Positions 62,726 through 64,000 of a stretch of DNA of 64,000 nt are shown in pieces. The notes below the pieces were generated by a model. That model saw nothing but the letters and a program-made list of their open reading frames with translations, did not search any database and was not told where the DNA came from. Within the stretch, counting starts at the first letter, position 1. Each line of letters opens with the position of its first letter. The translations under genes were made by a program, and so were the position numbers. Source of the stretch: Sphaerodactylus townsendi (lineage: Eukaryota); assembly GCF_021028975.2 (NCBI RefSeq), contig NC_059441.1, forward strand, positions 18,476,001-18,540,000, read 5' to 3'.

Positions 62726-63080
62726 TTGCATGATGTAGTGGGTTAAGAGCAGGTGTACTCTCATTTGGAGAACCGGGTTTGATTTCCTGCTTTGCCACTT
62801 GGGATGTGGAGGCTTATCTGGTGAACCAGATTTGCTTGTGCACTCCAAAACATGCCTGGTGGGTGACCTTGGGCTAGTCACAGTTCTTTGGAGCTTTCTC
62901 AGCCCCACCTACTTCACAGGGTGTTTGTTGGGGGTGGGGGGGAAGGGAAAGGAGATTGTAAGCCCCTTTGAGTCTCCTTCCAGGAGAAAAAGCGGGAATA
63001 TAAATCCAAAGTCATCGTCCTCCTTCTTCTCCTTCTCCTTCTTCTTCTCCTTCTGCTTCTCTCCTCCTCCTCCTTTTCTT
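62726..63080 (+). mobile_element. CORE-SINE with (CTT/CCT)n tail
   Basis: Full-length copy in TM6SF1 intron 1. Confidence 0.82.
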
Positions 63081-64000
63081 TCTGTGGGATTTTAATGCGA
63101 GGTGGTAGATCTGCAGCCCTTTAGAAGCATGTAGTGGTGAGAAATGTTTCTCTCCATGGCACACATCTTACCTTGACCTGCCTCTGGAGATGCCAGCCAT
63201 AGATGTGACTAAAATGTTAGGAGCGAAAACTACCAGACCATGGCCACGTAGCCCAGAAACCCCACAACAGCCATGTGATTCCGGTTGTGAAAGTCTTTGA
63301 CAGTACATAGCCCTTGTCATTTACATTGTTGTGCACTTGCTATGGTCAGCCCATGTCTGGCCCAGGACATGGGATGCTTCCTCTCCTCTTTTCCCCCTCC
63401 CTTTCCATTGCTGTGGTTGGGTGTATTTTCTCACTCTTTATACGTTGGCTTTGCAAACCAGGGGCGTACCTAGGCGAACTTGAGCCCTGGGCAAAACCTG
63501 AGTTTGATGCCCCCCCCCATGGGTGGCCACCCTCCCCCACCATGACCAAACAATGATTTTTTCCACCAGGTCGTTTCAAAGTCACCATCACATTATAGAA
63601 CATCCCCCAACTCACAAATCTGAACATAGCAATGGGCCATGCCACACAGCTGAAATAATATTTGGAAAACATTTTCAAAATGCTTTCAAAATGTTTTATT
63701 ACTGCTATGAAAACATTTTATGGTGTTGTATCCAGTCCCCCCAGTTGGGGGAAACAGCATCACTTTCAAGCTCATTGAAACCGGGGGGGCCCAGATTCTC
63801 CCTTTAAGGTGGATTTAAAAGGAGAATCTGGGCTCCCTAGTTTAAACAAGTGATGCTGGAATCCACCCCCAAACAGCATCATTTAAAATGGTGCTTAAAC
63901 TGGGGACCTCAGATTCTCCCTTTAAATCCATGCCGAAGGGGGTAGATTTAATAACAACAACAACAACAACAACAACCTTTATTAGGCACTGAGAGAATAA

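Noticed and set aside
63370-63460. Hydrophobic stretch (SLSIAVVGCIFSLFIRWL) as TM6SF1 exon 2
   Set aside because: No suitable acceptor or donor and poor match to the recalled exon 2; exon 2 probably lies beyond the window.

Overview
Vertebrate genomic DNA, almost certainly a squamate reptile and probably a gecko, judged from its CORE-SINEs with (CTT)n tails, Sauria SINE, 5S-derived SINEs, CR1, Penelope-like elements and hAT MITEs. The window holds the block RAMAC(+) - C15orf40(-) - BTBD1(-) - TM6SF1(+, first exon only), the same order as human 15q25. Gene models built by hand from GT-AG junctions: RAMAC join(10570..10706,11720..11884,12488..12686), 166 aa; C15orf40 complement(join(35855..35754,34610..34484,33327..33200,31914..31822)), about 149 aa; BTBD1 with 8 coding exons over 54102..38260, 486 aa; TM6SF1 exon 1 at 60208..60299. 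The main finding is that RAMAC (the RNMT cap-methyltransferase activator) has its RNMT-activation-domain exon duplicated in tandem. Both copies are intact and in frame, and the second is a frame-neutral 165-nt phase 2-2 exon, which predicts a RAM with two activation domains. Other observations include an intact minimal hammerhead ribozyme core in a Penelope-like fragment, a SINE flanked by a 126-bp direct duplication, a ~255-bp inverted repeat in BTBD1 intron 1, and competing donors in C15orf40 exon 1. Homology calls rest on recalled protein and repeat sequences; no database search was run.
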